Shown here: piece by piece, positions 23,024 to 44,807 of the stretch
Position numbering within the stretch: position 1 is the first letter of the stretch
Layout: each line of letters starts with the position of its first letter
DNA from: the human T2T-CHM13v2.0 reference genome, Homo sapiens
Direction: 5' to 3' (one strand)
DNA length: 64,000 bases
Assembly (NCBI RefSeq): GCF_009914755.1
Contig: NC_060948.1
The notes under the pieces: model-generated
Told to the model about the DNA's origin: nothing
Databases searched by the model: none
The model's input: the letters and a program-made list of their open reading frames with translations, nothing else
Position numbers and translations under genes: made by a program

Positions 23024-25130
23024 AGATCCATATTTTTTAAATGAAAAAAAATTTCAAAGGTACTCTGCTTGGTACAATAATCAAATGTATAAACTGAGGA
23101 ATAAAACATAACCATGAAACCTACTTATAACTGCATATGGAAAATACAGAGGATAATTTTTTAAATAACATATTTTGAAAGCCTTAACTAGTAATTTGAA
23201 GAGTTGGCATTTGAAAGGCCAGTATGAATATACCTTCAAAGCAGCAACACAGGTTCCCCATGAGAAAAAGCAAACACAGGGAAAATAAAAACACAAAGGT
23301 TCAATCTCTTCTGACCTTTGAAAGACACAGCACAGACAGTGGTCCTTAGGACGAAGAGCAGGAGACCCCTAATTCCGTCACCATGGCGATAGGGCATAAA
23401 CATTGCTGGGTGAGGGCACAATCCACATTGTGAGGTCCAACTGCTGCCAGGAAGACAGGAGTGCTTTTACATAGACCGAAAGGTCATTGAAGGCTCAGAG
23501 TTTTGTTTCAAGAACTGAATCCCAAGCCCACACGTTATTAGGCTGCGCTTCTTAAAACAAGTTATGAGATGGGAAAAAGGGCACCCACAAACATACGTAT
23601 ACATTATGTATATAATAATATACAGTATCATATATATAATATATATAACCTATGTATAATATTGTTTTACATTCTGCATCTTATGTTATATATATTGTAT
23701 AAAATATAATAATTGATAATATATAAGTTTTATAATTATACAATATGACATATAGTATATATTATAATTGATGACATATATAATATATGTTATATATCAT
23801 ATATAGAGTATATTATACGGTTAATATACGTATTAAATATAAATTATACCTTATATATATTATATATAATATATCTGTTATATATAATACCCATTATGCA
23901 TAATATATATATTATGTCTATGTTATATATAGTATAAAACAACATATAATAATATATAATTGTATATATAAAATGCGACATATAATATATATTATATTTT
24001 ATAACATATGTAATATATATCATATATTATATATAATACGTTGTATGTATAATACCTATATTAAATATATATTATATGACTATGTTATTAATTACATGTC
24101 ACATGTGTTATATATTATATATTTTACATAGAATATACCGGTTACATACAATATATACTATGTTACCTATAATGTATAATTTATTACATGTAAAATAAAG
24201 AATGCAATATATTATGTATAATTTATAATATACAATATGTGGAATGTGACATATGTAACATATAATATATGATATATGATATACAGTATATGATATATAA
24301 CATACAATATATGATTCCTAATATATATGGTATACAATATATATTTTATGATATGTATTCTATATGTTTTATATTCTGTTATATATAACTATTTGAAATT
24401 ATATATAACTGTATAATATTTTATGTAAATATGTAATATAATATATATAACTATATAATATATTATATATAACTATATATTATGTTATATATACTTTTAT
24501 AACATAATTTACATAAAATATCATAATATAATATATATTATATTATTTCATATTACATAATATATATTACATATCACCCAATATAACTAACATACATAAT
24601 ATTATAATATAGATTATATTATGTTATATTAAATATCATATATATCATGTATCATATATTCTATAATATATATTACACATTATATAATATGTATGTTGTC
24701 TATTATGTGATATATATAACTATATATATAATTATATTTTTATACATATAACTAGATAAACATGTAATTCTACATATTTTCATTTGTAATATGTAGAATT
24801 ATATAATCATATATAATTATTTATATTCTATAAAAAATTTTATCATTATATAAATTATAATATATAAAAATTATAATATGTACTACAAATATATATATAT
24901 TATATATCATATATGATATAGTACCTTTGTTATATATCATAATACATATAAATGTGTATTATGTTATCTATAATTATATAATTTCATATATAAGATGTAT
25001 AATATGTATCATATATTATATATGTTATGTAATATATATAGTATATATAAGATGACACAGGATAAATATTATATACTATGACATATAAAATATATGAGGT
25101 TATATGTTACATATAAGGCATAGCACATAA

Positions 25131-25445
<315 letters not shown>

Positions 25446-27552
25446 AGATCCGTATTTTTTAAATGAAAAAAAATTTCAAAGGTACTCTGCTTGGTACAAT
25501 AATCAAATGTATAAACTGAGGAATAAAACATAACCATGAAACCTACTTATAACTGCATATGGAAAATACAGAGGATAATTTTTTAAATAACATATTTTGA
25601 AAGCCTTAACTAGTAATTTGAAGAGTTGGCATTTGAAAGGCCAGTATGAATATACCTTCAAAGCAGCAACACAGGTTCCCCATGAGAAAAAGCAAACACA
25701 GGGAAAATAAAAACACAAAGGTTCAATCTCTTCTGACCTTTGAAAGACACAGCACAGACAGTGGTCCTTAGGACGAAGAGCAGGAGACCCCTAATTCCGT
25801 CACCATGGCGATAGGGCATAAACATTGCTGGGTGAGGGCACAATCCACATTGTGAGGTCCAACTGCTGCCAGGAAGACAGGAGTGCTTTTACATAGACCG
25901 AAAGGTCATTGAAGGCTCAGAGTTTTGTTTCAAGAACTGAATCCCAAGCCCACACGTTATTAGGCTGCGCTTCTTAAAACAAGTTATGAGATGGGAAAAA
26001 GGGCACCCACAAACATACGTATACATTATGTATATAATAATATACAGTATCATATATATAATATATATAACCTATGTATAATATTGTTTTACATCCTGCA
26101 TCTTATGTTATATATATTGTATAAAATATAATAATTGATAATATATAAGTTTTATAATTATACAATATGACATATAGTATATATTATAATTTATGACATA
26201 TATAATATATGTTATATGTCATATATAGAATATATTATACGGTTAATATACGTATTAAATATAAATTATACATTATATATATTATATATAATATATCTGT
26301 TATATATAATACCCATTATGCATAATATATATATTATGTCTATGTTATATATAGTATAAAACAACATATAATAATATATAATTGTATATATAAAATGCGA
26401 CATATAATATATATTATATTTTATAACATATGTAATATATATTATATATTATATATAATACGTTGTATGTATAATACCTATATTAAATATATATTATATG
26501 ACTATGTTATTAATTACATGTCACATGTGTTATATATTATATATTTTACATAGAATATACCGGTTACATACAATATATACTATGTTACCTATAATGTATA
26601 ATTGATTACATGTAAAATAAAGAATGCAATATATTATGTAAAATTTATAATATACAATATGTGGAATGTGACATATGTAACATATAATATATGATATATG
26701 ATATACAGTATATGATATATAACATAAAATATATGATTCCTAATATATATGGTATACAATATATATTTTATGATATGTGTTCTATATGTTTTATATTCTG
26801 TTATATATAACTATTTGAAATTATATATAACTGTATAATATTTTATGTAAATATGTAATATAATATATATAACTATATAATATATTATATATAACTATAT
26901 ATTATGTTATATATACTTTTATAACATAATTTACATAAAATATCATAATATAATATATATTATATTTTTTCATATTACATAATATATATTACATATCACC
27001 CAATATAACTAACATACATAATATTATAATATAGATTATATTATGTTATATTAAATATCATATATATCATGTATCATATATTCTATAATATATATTACAC
27101 ATTATATAATATGTATGTTGTCTATTATGTGATATATATAACTCTATATATAATTATATTTTTATACATATAACTAGATAAACATGTAATTCTACATATT
27201 TTCATTTGTAATATGTAGAATTATATAATCATATATAATTATTTATATTCTATAAAAAATTTTATCATTATATAAATTATAATATATAAAAATTATAATA
27301 TGTACTACAAATATATATATATTATATATCATATATGATATAGTACCTTTGTTATATATCATAATACATATAAATGTGTATTATGTTATCTATAATTATA
27401 TAATTTCATATATAAGATGTATAATATGTATCATATATTATATATGTTATGTAATATATATAGTATATATAAGATGACACAGGATAAATATTATATACTA
27501 TGACATATAAAATATATGAGGTTATATGTTACATATAAGGCATAGCACATAA

Positions 27553-27867
<315 letters not shown>

Positions 27868-29970
27868 AGATCCGTATTTTTTAAATGAAAAAAAATTTCA
27901 AAGGTACTCTGCTTGGTACAATAATCAAATGTATAAACTGAGGAATAAAACATAACCATGAAACCTACTTATAACTGCATATGGAAAATACAGAGGATAA
28001 TTTTTTAAATAACATATTTTGAAAGCCTTAACTAGTAATTTGAAGAGTTGGCATTTGAAAGGCCAGTATGAATATACCTTCAAAGCAGCAACACAGGTTC
28101 CCCATGAGAAAAAGCAAACACAGGGAAAATAAAAACACAAAGGTTCAATCTCTTCTGACCTTTGAAAGACACAGCACAGACAGTGGTCCTTAGGACGAAG
28201 AGCAGGAGACCCCTAATTCCGTCACCATGGCAATAGGGCATAAACATTGCTGGGTGAGGGCACAATCCACATTGTGAGGTCCAACTGCTGCCAGGAAGAC
28301 AGGAGTGCTTTTACATAGACCGAAAGGTCATTGAAGGCTCAGAGTTTTGTTTCAAGAACTGAATCCCAAGCCCACACGTTATTAGGCTGCGCTTCTTAAA
28401 ACAAGTTATGAGATGGGAAAAAGGGCACCCACAAACATACGTATACATTATGTATATAATAATATACAGTATCATATATATAATATATATAACCTATGTA
28501 TAATATTGTTTTACATCCTGCATCTTATGTTATATATATTGTATAAAATATAATAATTGATAATATATAAGTTTTATAATTATACAATATGACATATAGT
28601 ATATATTATAATTTATGACATATATAATATATGTTATATGTCATATATAGAATATATTATACGGTTAATATACGTATTAAATATAAATTATACATTATAT
28701 ATATTATATATAATATATCTGTTATATAAAATACCCATTATGCATAATATATATATTATGTCTATGTTATATATAGTATAAAACAACATATAATAATATA
28801 TAATTGTATATATAAAATGCGACATATAATATATATTATATTTTATAACATATGTAATATATATTATATATTATATATAATACGTTGTATGTATAATACC
28901 TATATTAAATATATATTATATGACTATGTTATTAATTACATGTCACATGTGTTATATATTATATATTTTACATAGAATATACCGGTTACATACAATATAT
29001 ACTATGTTACCTATAATGTATAATTTATTACATGTAAAATAAAGAATGCAACATATTATGTAAAATTTATAATATACCATATGTGGAATGTGATATATAT
29101 AACATATAATATATGATATATGATATACAGTATATGATATATAACATACAATATATGATTCCTAATATATATGGTATACAATATATATTTTATGATATGT
29201 ATTCTATATGTTTTATATTCTGTTATATATAACTATTTGAAATTATATATAACTGTATAATATTTTATGTAAATATGTAATATAATATATATAACTATAT
29301 AATATATTATATATAACTATATATTATGTTATATATACTTTTATAACATAATTTACATAAAATATCATAATATAATATATATTATATTATTTCATATTAC
29401 ATAATATATATTACATATCACCCAATATAACTAACATACATAATATTATAATATAGATTATATTATGTTATATTAAATATCATATATATCATGTATCATA
29501 TATTCTATAATATATATTACACATTATATAATATGTATGTTGTCTATTATGTGATATATATAACTATATATAATTATATTTTTATACATATAACTAGATA
29601 AACATGTAATTCTACATATTTTCGTTTATAATATGTAGAATTATATAATCATATATAATTATTTATATTCTATAAAAAATTTTATCATTATATAAATTAT
29701 AATATATAAAAATTATAATATGTACTACAAATATATATATTATATATCATATATGCTATAGTACCTTTGTTATATATCATAATACATATAAATGTGTATT
29801 ATGTTATCTATAATTATATAATTTCATATATAAGATGTATAATGTGTATCATATATTATATATGTTATGTAATATATATAGTATATATAAGATGACACAG
29901 GATAAATATTATATACTATGACATATAAAATATATGAGGTTATATGTTACATATAAGGCATAGCACATAA

Positions 29971-30285
<315 letters not shown>

Positions 30286-32388
30286 AGATCCATATTTTGT
30301 AAATGAAAAAAAATTTCAAAGGTACTCTGCTTGGTACAATAATCAAATGTATAAACTGAGGAATAAAACATAACCATGAAACCTACTTATAACTGCATAT
30401 GGAAAATACAGAGGATAATTTTTTAAATAACATATTTTGAAAGCCTTAACTAGTAATTTGAAGAGTTGGCATTTGAAAGGCCAGTATGAATATACCTTCA
30501 AAGCAGCAACACAGGTTCCCCATGAGAAAAAGCAAACACAGGGAAAATAAAAACACAAAGGTTCAATCTCTTCTGACCTTTGAAAGACACAGCACAGACA
30601 GTGGTCCTTAGGACGAAGAGCAGGAGACCCCTAATTCCGTCACCATGGCGATAGGGCATAAACATTGCTGGGTGAGGGCACAATCCACATTGTGAGGTCC
30701 AACTGCTGCCAGGAAGACAGGAGTGCTTTTACATAGACCGAAAGGTCATTGAAGGCTCAGAGTTTTGTTTCAAGAACTGAATCCCAAGCCCACACGTTAT
30801 TAGGCTGCGCTTCTTAAAACAAGTTATGAGATGGGAAAAAGGGCACCCACAAACATACGTATACATTATGTATATAATAATATACAGTATCATATATATA
30901 ATATATATAACCTATGTATAATATTGTTTTACATCCTGCATCTTATGTTATATATATTGTATAAAATATAATAATTGATAATATATAAGTTTTATAATTA
31001 TACAATATGACATATAGTATATATTATAATTTATGACATATATAATATATGTTATATGTCATATATAGAATATATTATACGGTTAATATACGTATTAAAT
31101 ATAAATTATACATTATATATATTATATATAATATATCTGTTATATAAAATACCCATTATGCATAATATATATATTATGTCTATGTTATATATAGTATAAA
31201 ACAACATATAATAATATATAATTGTATATATAAAATGCGACATATAATATATATTATATTTTATAACATATGTAATATATATTATATATTATATATAATA
31301 CGTTGTATGTATAATACCTATATTAAATATATATTATATGACTATGTTATTAATTACATGTCACATGTGTTATATATTATATATTTTACATAGAATATAC
31401 CGGTTACATACAATATATACTATGTTACCTATAATGTATAATTTATTACATGTAAAATAAAGAATGCAACATATTATGTAAAATTTATAATATACCATAT
31501 GTGGAATGTGATATATATAACATATAATATATGATATATGATATACAGTATATGATATATAACATACAATATATGATTCCTAATATATATGGTATACAAT
31601 ATATATTTTATGATATGTATTCTATATGTTTTATATTCTGTTATATATAACTATTTGAAATTATATATAACTGTATAATATTTTATGTAAATATGTAATA
31701 TAATATATATAACTATATAATATATTATATATAACTATATATTATGTTATATATACTTTTATAACATAATTTACATAAAATATCATAATATAATATATAT
31801 TATATTATTTCATATTACATAATATATATTACATATCACCCAATATAACTAACATACATAATATTATAATATAGATTATATTATGTTATATTAAATATCA
31901 TATATATCATGTATCATATATTCTATAATATATATTACACATTATATAATATGTATGTTGTCTATTATGTGATATATATAACTATATATAATTATATTTT
32001 TATACATATAACTAGATAAACATGTAATTCTACATATTTTCGTTTATAATATGTAGAATTATATAATCATATATAATTATTTATATTCTATAAAAAATTT
32101 TATCATTATATAAATTATAATATATAAAAATTATAATATGTACTACAAATATATATATTATATATCATATATGCTATAGTACCTTTGTTATATATCATAA
32201 TACATATAAATGTGTATTATGTTATCTATAATTATATAATTTCATATATAAGATGTATAATGTGTATCATATATTATATATGTTATGTAATATATATAGT
32301 ATATATAAGATGACACAGGATAAATATTATATACTATGACATATAAAATATATGAGGTTATATGTTACATATAAGGCATAGCACATAA

Positions 32389-32703
<315 letters not shown>

Positions 32704-34810
32704 AGATCCATATTTTGTAAATGAAAAAAAATTTCAAAGGTACTCTGCTTGGTACAATAATCAAATGTATAAACTGAGGAATAAAACATAACCATGAAAC
32801 CTACTTATAACTGCATATGGAAAATACAGAGGATAATTTTTTAAATAACATATTTTGAAAGCCTTAACTAGTAATTTGAAGAGTTGGCATTTGAAAGGCC
32901 AGTATGAATATACCTTCAAAGCAGCAACACAGGTTCCCCATGAGAAAAAGCAAACACAGGGAAAATAAAAACACAAAGGTTCAATCTCTTCTGACCTTTG
33001 AAAGACACAGCACAGACAGTGGTCCTTAGGACGAAGAGCAGGAGACCCCTAATTCCGTCACCATGGCGATAGGGCATAAACATTGCTGGGTGAGGGCACA
33101 ATCCACATTGTGAGGTCCAACTGCTGCCAGGAAGACAGGAGTGCTTTTACATAGACCGAAAGGTCATTGAAGGCTCAGAGTTTTGTTTCAAGAACTGAAT
33201 CCCAAGCCCACACGTTATTAGGCTGCGCTTCTTAAAACAAGTTATGAGATGGGAAAAAGGGCACCCACAAACATACGTATACATTATGTATATAATAATA
33301 TACAGTATCATATATATAATATATATAACCTATGTATAATATTGTTTTACATCCTGCATCTTATGTTATATATATTGTATAAAATATAATAGTTGATAAT
33401 ATATAAGTTTTATAATTATACAATATGACATATAGTATATATTATAATTTATGACATATATAATATATGTTATATGTCATATATAGAATATATTATACGG
33501 TTAATATACGTATTAAATATAAATTATACATTATATATATTATATATAATATATCTGTTATATATAATACCCATTATGCATAATATATATATTATGTCTA
33601 TGTTATATATAGTATAAAACAACATATAATAATATATAATTGTATATATAAAATGCGACATATAATATATATTATATTTTATAACATATGTAATATATAT
33701 TATATATTATATATAATACGTTGTATGTATAATACCTATATTAAATATATATTATATGACTATGTTATTAATTACATGTCACATGTGTTATATATTATAT
33801 ATTTTACATAGAATATACCGGTTACATACAATATATACTATGTTACCTATAATGTATAATTTATTACATGTAAAATAAAGAATGCAATATATTATGTAAA
33901 ATTTATAATATACCATATGTGGAATGTGATATATATAACATATAATATATGATATATGATATACAGTATATGATATATAACATACAATATATGATTCCTA
34001 ATATATATGGTATACAATATATATTTTATGATATGTATTCTATATGTTTTATATTCTGTTATATATAACTATTTGAAATTATATATAACTGTATAATATT
34101 TTATGTAAATATGTAATATAATATATATAACTATATAATATATTATATATAACTATATATTATGTTATATATACTTTTATAACATAATTTACATAAAATA
34201 TCATAATATAATATATATTATATTATTTCATATTACATAATATATATTACATATCACCCAATATAACTAACATACATAATATTATAATATAGATTATATT
34301 ATGTTATATTAAATATCATATATATCATGTATCATATATTCTATAATATATATTACACATTATATAATATGTATGTTGTCTATTATGTGATATATATAAC
34401 TCTATATATAATTATATTTTTATACATATAACTAGATAAACATGTAATTCTACATATTTTCGTTTGTAATATGTAGAATTATATAATCATATATAATTAT
34501 TTATATTCTATAAAAAATTTTATCATTATATAAATTATAATATATAAAAATTATAATATGTACTACAAATATATATATATTATATATCATATATGATATA
34601 GTACCTTTGTTATATATCATAATACATATAAATGTGTATTATGTTATCTATAATTATATAATTTCATATATAAGATGTATAATATGTATCATATATTATA
34701 TATGTTATGTAATATATATAGTATATATAAGATGACACAGGATAAATATTATATACTATGACATATAAAATATATGAGGTTATATGTTACATATAAGGCA
34801 TAGCACATAA

Positions 34811-35125
<315 letters not shown>

Positions 35126-37228
35126 AGATCCGTATTTTTTAAATGAAAAAAAATTTCAAAGGTACTCTGCTTGGTACAATAATCAAATGTATAAACTGAG
35201 GAATAAAACATAACCATGAAACCTACTTATAACTGCATATGGAAAATACAGAGGATAATTTTTTAAATAACATATTTTGAAAGCCTTAACTAGTAATTTG
35301 AAGAGTTGGCATTTGAAAGGCCAGTATGAATATACCTTCAAAGCAGCAACACAGGTTCCCCATGAGAAAAAGCAAACACAGGGAAAATAAAAACACAAAG
35401 GTTCAATCTCTTCTGACCTTTGAAAGACACAGCACAGACAGTGGTCCTTAGGACGAAGAGCAGGAGACCCCTAATTCCGTCACCATGGCGATAGGGCATA
35501 AACATTGCTGGGTGAGGGCACAATCCACATTGTGAGGTCCAACTGCTGCCAGGAAGACAGGAGTGCTTTTACATAGACCGAAAGGTCATTGAAGGCTCAG
35601 AGTTTTGTTTCAAGAACTGAATCCCAAGCCCACACGTTATTAGGCTGCGCTTCTTAAAACAAGTTATGAGATGGGAAAAAGGGCACCCACAAACATACGT
35701 ATACATTATGTATATAATAATATACAGTATCATATATATAATATATATAACCTATGTATAATATTGTTTTACATCCTGCATCTTATGTTATATATATTGT
35801 ATAAAATATAATAATTGATAATATATAAGTTTTATAATTATACAATATGACATATAGTATATATTATAATTTATGACATATATAATATATGTTATATGTC
35901 ATATATAGAATATATTATACGGTTAATATACGTATTAAATATAAATTATACATTATATATATTATATATAATATATCTGTTATATATAATACCCATTATG
36001 CATAATATATATATTATGTCTATGTTATATATAGTATAAAACAACATATAATAATATATAATTGTATATATAAAATGCGACATATAATATATATTATATT
36101 TTATAACATATGTAATATATATTATATATTATATATAATACGTTGTATGTATAATACCTATATTAAATATATATTATATGACTATGTTATTAATTACATG
36201 TCACATGTGTTATATATTATATATTTTACATAGAATATACCGGTTACATACAATATATACTATGTTACCTATAATGTATAATTTATTACATGTAAAATAA
36301 AGAATGCAATATATTATGTAAAATTTATAATATACCATATGTGGAATGTGATATATATAACATATAATATATGATATATGATATACAGTATATGATATAT
36401 AACATACAATATATGATTCCTAATATATATGGTATACAATATATATTTTATGATATGTATTCTATATGTTTTATATTCTGTTATATATAACTATTTGAAA
36501 TTATATATAACTGTATAATATTTTATGTAAATATGTAATATAATATATATAACTATATAATATATTATATATAACTATATATTATGTTATATATACTTTT
36601 ATAACATAATTTACATAAAATATCATAATATAATATATATTATATTATTTCATATTACATAATATATATTACATATCACCCAATATAACTAACATACATA
36701 ATATTATAATATAGATTATATTATGTTATATTAAATATCATATATATCATGTATCATATATTCTATAATATATATTACACATTATATAATATGTATGTTG
36801 TCTATTATGTGATATATATAACTATATATAATTATATTTTTATACATATAACTAGATAAACATGTAATTCTACATATTTTCGTTTATAATATGTAGAATT
36901 ATATAATCATATATAATTATTTATATTCTATAAAAAATTTTATCATTATATAAATTATAATATATAAAAATTATAATATGTACTACAAATATATATATTA
37001 TATATCATATATGCTATAGTACCTTTGTTATATATCATAATACATATAAATGTGTATTATGTTATCTATAATTATATAATTTCATATATAAGTTGTATAA
37101 TATGAATCATATATTATATATGTTATGTAATATATATAGTATATATAAGATGACACAGGATAAATATTATATACTATGAGATATAAAATATATGAGGTTA
37201 TATGTTACATATAAGGCATAGCACATAA

Positions 37229-37543
<315 letters not shown>

Positions 37544-39648
37544 AGATCCATATTTTTTAAATGAAAAAAAATTTCAAAGGTACTCTGCTTGGTACAATAA
37601 TCAAATGTATAAACTGAGGAATAAAACATAACCATGAAACGTACTTATAACTGCATATGGAAAATACAGAGGATAATTTTTTAAATAACATATTTTGAAA
37701 GCCTTAACTAGTAATTTGAAGAGCTGGCATTTGAAAGGCCAGTATGAATATACCTTCAAAGCAGCAACACAGGTTCCCCATGAGAAAAAGCAAACACAGG
37801 GAAAATAAAAACACAAAGGTTCAATCTCTTCTGACCTTTGAAAGACACAGCACAGACAGTGGTCCTTAGGACGAAGAGCAGGAGACCCCTAATTCCGTCA
37901 CCATGGCGATAGGGCATAAACATTGCTGGGTGAGGGCACAATCCACATTGTGAGGTCCAACTGCTGCCAGGAAGACAGGAGTGCTTTTACATAGACCGAA
38001 AGGTCATTGAAGGCTCAGAGTTTTGTTTCAAGAACTGAATCCCAAGCCCACACGTTATTAGGCTGCGCTTCTTTAAACAAGTTATGAGATGGGAAAAAGG
38101 GCACCCACAAACATACGTATACATTATGTATATAATAATATACAGTATCATATATATAATATATATAACCTATGTATAATATTGTTTTACATCCTGCATC
38201 TTATGTTATATATATTGTATAAAATATAATAGTTGATAATATATAAGTTTTATAATTATACAATATGACATATAGTATATATTATAATTTATGACATATA
38301 TAATATATGTTATATGTCATATATAGAATATATTATACGGTTAATATACGTATTAAATATAAATTATACATTATATATATTATATATAATATATCTGTTA
38401 TATATAATACCCATTATGCATAATATATATATTATATCTATGTTATATATAGTATAAAACAACATATAATAATATATAATTGTATATATAAAATGCGACA
38501 TATAATATATATTATATTTTATAACATATGTAATATATATTATATATTATATATAATACGTTGTAAGTATAATACCTATATTAAATATATATTATATGAC
38601 TATGTTATTAATTACATGTCACATGTGTTATATATTATATATTTTACATAGAATATACCGGTTACATACAATATATACTATGTTACCTATAATGTATAAT
38701 TTATTACATGTAAAATAAAGAATGCAATATATTATGTATAATTTATAATATACCATATGTGGAATGTGATATATATAACATATAATATATGATATATGAT
38801 ATACAGTATATGATATATAACATACAATATATGATTCCTAATATATATGGTATACAATATATATTTTATGATATGTATTCTATATGTTTTATATTCTGTT
38901 ATATATAACTATTTGAAATTATATATAACTGTATAATATTTTATGTAAATATGTAATATAATATATATAACTATATAATATATTATATATAACTATATAT
39001 TATGTTATATATACTTTTATAACATAATTTACATAAAATATCATAATATAATATATATTATATTATTTCATATTACATAATATATATTACATATCACCCA
39101 ATATAACTAACATACATAATATTATAATATAGATTATATTGTGTTATATTAAATATCATATATATCATGTATCATATATTCTATAATATATATTACACAT
39201 TATATAATATGTATGTTGTCTATTATGTGATATATATAACTATATATATAATTATATTTTTATACATATAACTAGATAAACATGTAATTCTACATATTTT
39301 CATTTATAATATGTAGAATTATATAATCATATATAATTATTTATATTCTATAAAAAATTTTATCATTATATAAATTATAATATATAAAAATTATAATATG
39401 TACTACAAATATATATATTATATATCATATATGATATAGTACCTTTGTTATATATCATAATACATATACATGTGTATTATGTTATCTATAATTATATAAT
39501 TTCATATATAAGATGTATAATATGTATCATATATTATATAAGTTATGTAATATATATAGTATATATAAGATGACACAGGATAAATATTATATACTATGAC
39601 ATATAAAATATATGAGGTTATATGTTACATATAAGGCATAGCACATAA

Positions 39649-39963
<315 letters not shown>

Positions 39964-42070
39964 AGATCCATATTTTTTAAATGAAAAAAAATTTCAAAGG
40001 TACTCTGCTTGGTACAATAATCAAATGTATAAACTGAGGAATAAAACATAACCATGAAACCTACTTATAACTGCATATGGAAAATACAGAAGATAATTTT
40101 TTAAATAACATATTTTGAAAGCCTTAACTAGTAATTTGAAGAGTTGGCATTTGAAAGGCCAGTATGAATATACCTTCAAAGCAGCAACACAGGTTCCCCA
40201 TGAGAAAAAGCAAACACAGGGAAAATTAAAACACAAAGGTTCAATCTCTTCTGACCTTTGAAAGACACAGCACAGACAGTGGTCCTTTGGAGGAAGAGCA
40301 CGAGACCCCTAATTCCGTCACCATGGCGATAGGGCATAAACATTGCTGGGTGAGGGCACAATCCACATTGTGAGGTCCAACTGCTGCCAGGAAGACAGGA
40401 GTGCTTTTACATAGACCGAAAGGTCATTGAAGGCTCAGAGTTTTGTTTCAAGAACTGAATCCCAAGCCCACACGTTATTAGGCTGCGCTTCTTAAAACAA
40501 GTTATGAGATGGGAAAAAGGGCACCCACAAACATACGTATACATTATGTATATAATAATATACAGTATCATATATATAATATATATAACCTATGTATAAT
40601 ACTGTTTTACATCCTGCATCTTATGTTATATATATTGTATAAAATATAATAATTGATAATATATAAGTTTTATAATTATACAATATGACATATAGTATAT
40701 ATTATAATTTATGACATATATAATATATGTTATATGTCATATATAGAATATATTATACGGTTAATATACGTATTAAATATAAATTATACATTATATATAT
40801 TATATACAATATATCTGTTATATATAATACCCATTATGCATAATATATATATTATGTCTATGTTATATATAGTATAAAACAACATATAATAATATATAAT
40901 TGTATATATAAAATGCGACATATAATATATATTATATTTTATAACATATGTAATATATATTATATATTATATATAATACGTTGTATGTATAATACCTATA
41001 TTAAATATATATTATATGACTATGTTATTAATTACATGTCACATGTGTTATATATTATATATTTTACATAGAATATACCGGTTACGTACAATATATACTA
41101 TGTTACCTATAATGTATAATTTATTACATGTAAAATAAAGAATGCAATATATTATGTATAATTTATAATATACAATATGTGGAATGTGACATATGTAACA
41201 TATAATATATGATATATGATATACAGTATATGATATATAACATACAATATATGATTCCTAATATATATGGTATACAATATATATTTTATGATATGTATTC
41301 TATATGTTTTATATTCTGTTATATATAACTATTTGAAATTATATATAACTGTATAATATTTTATGTAAATATGTAATATAATATATATAACTATATAATA
41401 TATTATATATAACTATATATTATGTTATATATACTTTTATAACATAATTTACATAAAATATCATAATATAATATATATTATATTATTTCATATTACATAA
41501 TATATATTACATATCACCCAATATAACTAACATACATAATATTATAATATAGATTATATTATGTTATATTAAATATCATATATATCATGTATCATATATT
41601 CTATAATATATATTACACATTATATAATATGTATGTTGTCTATTATGTGATATATATAACTCAATATATAATTATATTTTTATACATATAACTAGATAAA
41701 CATGTAATTCTACATATTTTCATTTATAATATGTAGAATTATATAATCATATATAATTATTTATATTCTATAAAAAATTTTATCATTATATAAATTATAA
41801 TATATAAAAATTATAATATGTACTACAAATATATATATATTATATATCATATATGATATAGTACCTTTGTTATATATCATAATACATATAAATGTGTATT
41901 ATGTTATCTATAATTATATAATTTCATATATAAGATGTATAATATGTATCATATATTATATATGTTATGTAATATATATAGTATATATAAGATGACACAG
42001 GATAAATATTATATACTATGACATATAAAATATATGAGGTTATATGTTACATATAAGGCATAGCACATAA

Positions 42071-42385
<315 letters not shown>

Positions 42386-44492
42386 AGATCCATATTTTGT
42401 AAATGAAAAAAAATTTCAAAGGTACTCTGCTTGGTACAATAATCAAATGTATAAACTGAGGAATAAAACATAACCATGAAACCTACTTATAACTGCATAT
42501 GGAAAATACAGAGGATAATTTTTTAAATAACATATTTTGAAAGCCTTAACTAGTAATTTGAAGAGTTGGCATTTGAAAGGCCAGTATGAATAAACCTTCA
42601 AAGCAGCAACACAGGTTCCCCATGAGAAAAAGCAAACACAGGGAAAATAAAAACACAAAGGTTCAATCTCTTCTGACCTTTGAAAGACACAGCACAGACA
42701 GTGGTCCTTAGGACGAAGAGCAGGAGACCCCTAATTCCGTCACCATGGCGATAGGGCATAAACATTGCTGGGTGAGGGCACAATCCACATTGTGAGGTCC
42801 AACTGCTGCCAGGAAGACAGGAGTGCTTTTACATAGACCGAAAGGTCATTGAAGGCTCAGAGTTTTGTTTCAAGAACTGAATCCCAAGCCCACACGTTAT
42901 TAGGCTGCGCTTCTTAAAACAAGTTATGAGATGGGAAAAAGGGCACCCACAAACATACGTATACATTATGTATATAATAATATACTGTATCATATATATA
43001 ATATATATAACCTATGTATAATATTGTTTTACATCCTGCATCTTATGTTATATATATTGTATAAAATATAATAATTGATAATATATAAGTTTTATAATTA
43101 TACAATATGACATATAGTATATATTATAATTTATGACATATATAATATATGTTATATATCATATATAGAATATATTATACGGTTAATATACGTATTAAAT
43201 ATAAATTATACCTTATATATATTATATATAATATATCTGTTATATATAATACCCATTATGCATAATATATATATTATGTCTATGTTATATATAGTATAAA
43301 ACAACATATTATAATATATAATTGTATATATAAAATGCGACATATAATATATATTATATTTTATAACATATGTAATATATATTATATATTATATATAATA
43401 CGTTGTATGTATAATACCTATATTAAATATATATTATATGACTATGTTATTAATTACATGTCACATGTGTTATATATTATATATTTTACATAGAATATAC
43501 CGGTTACATACAATATATACTATGTTACCTATAATGTATAATTTATTACATGTAAAATAAAGAATGCAATATATTATGTATAATTTATAATATACAATAT
43601 GTGGAATGTGACATATGTAACATATAATATATGATATATGATATACAGTATATGATATATAACATACAATATATGATTCCTAATATATATGGTATACAAT
43701 ATATATTTTATGATATGTATTCTATATGTTTTATATTCTGTTATATATAACTATTTGAAATTATATATAACTGTATAATATTTTATGTAAATATGTAATA
43801 TAATATATATAACTATATAATATATTATATATAACTATATATTATGTTATATATACTTTTATAACATAATTTACATAAAATATCATAATATAATATATAT
43901 TATATTATTTCATATTACATAATATATATTACATATCACCCAATATAACTAACATACATAATATTATAATATAGATTATATTATGTTATATTAAATATCA
44001 TATATATCATGTATCATATATTCTATAATATATATTACACATTATATAATATGTATGTTGTCTATTATGTGATATATATAACTCAATATATAATTATATT
44101 TTTATACATATAACTAGATAAACATGTAATTCTACATATTTTCATTTATAATATGTAGAATTATATAATCATATATAATTATTTATATTCTATAAAAAAT
44201 TTTATCATTATATAAATTATAATATATAAAAATTATAATATGTACTACAAATATATATATATTATATATCATATATGATATAGTACCTTTGTTATATATC
44301 ATAATACATATAAATGTGTATTATGTTATCTATAATTATATAATTTCATATATAAGATGTATAATATGTATCATATATTATATATGTTATGTAATATATA
44401 TAGTATATATAAGATGACACAGGATAAATATTATATACTATGACATATAAAATATATGAGGTTATATGTTACATATAAGGCATAGCACATAA

Positions 44493-44807
<315 letters not shown>
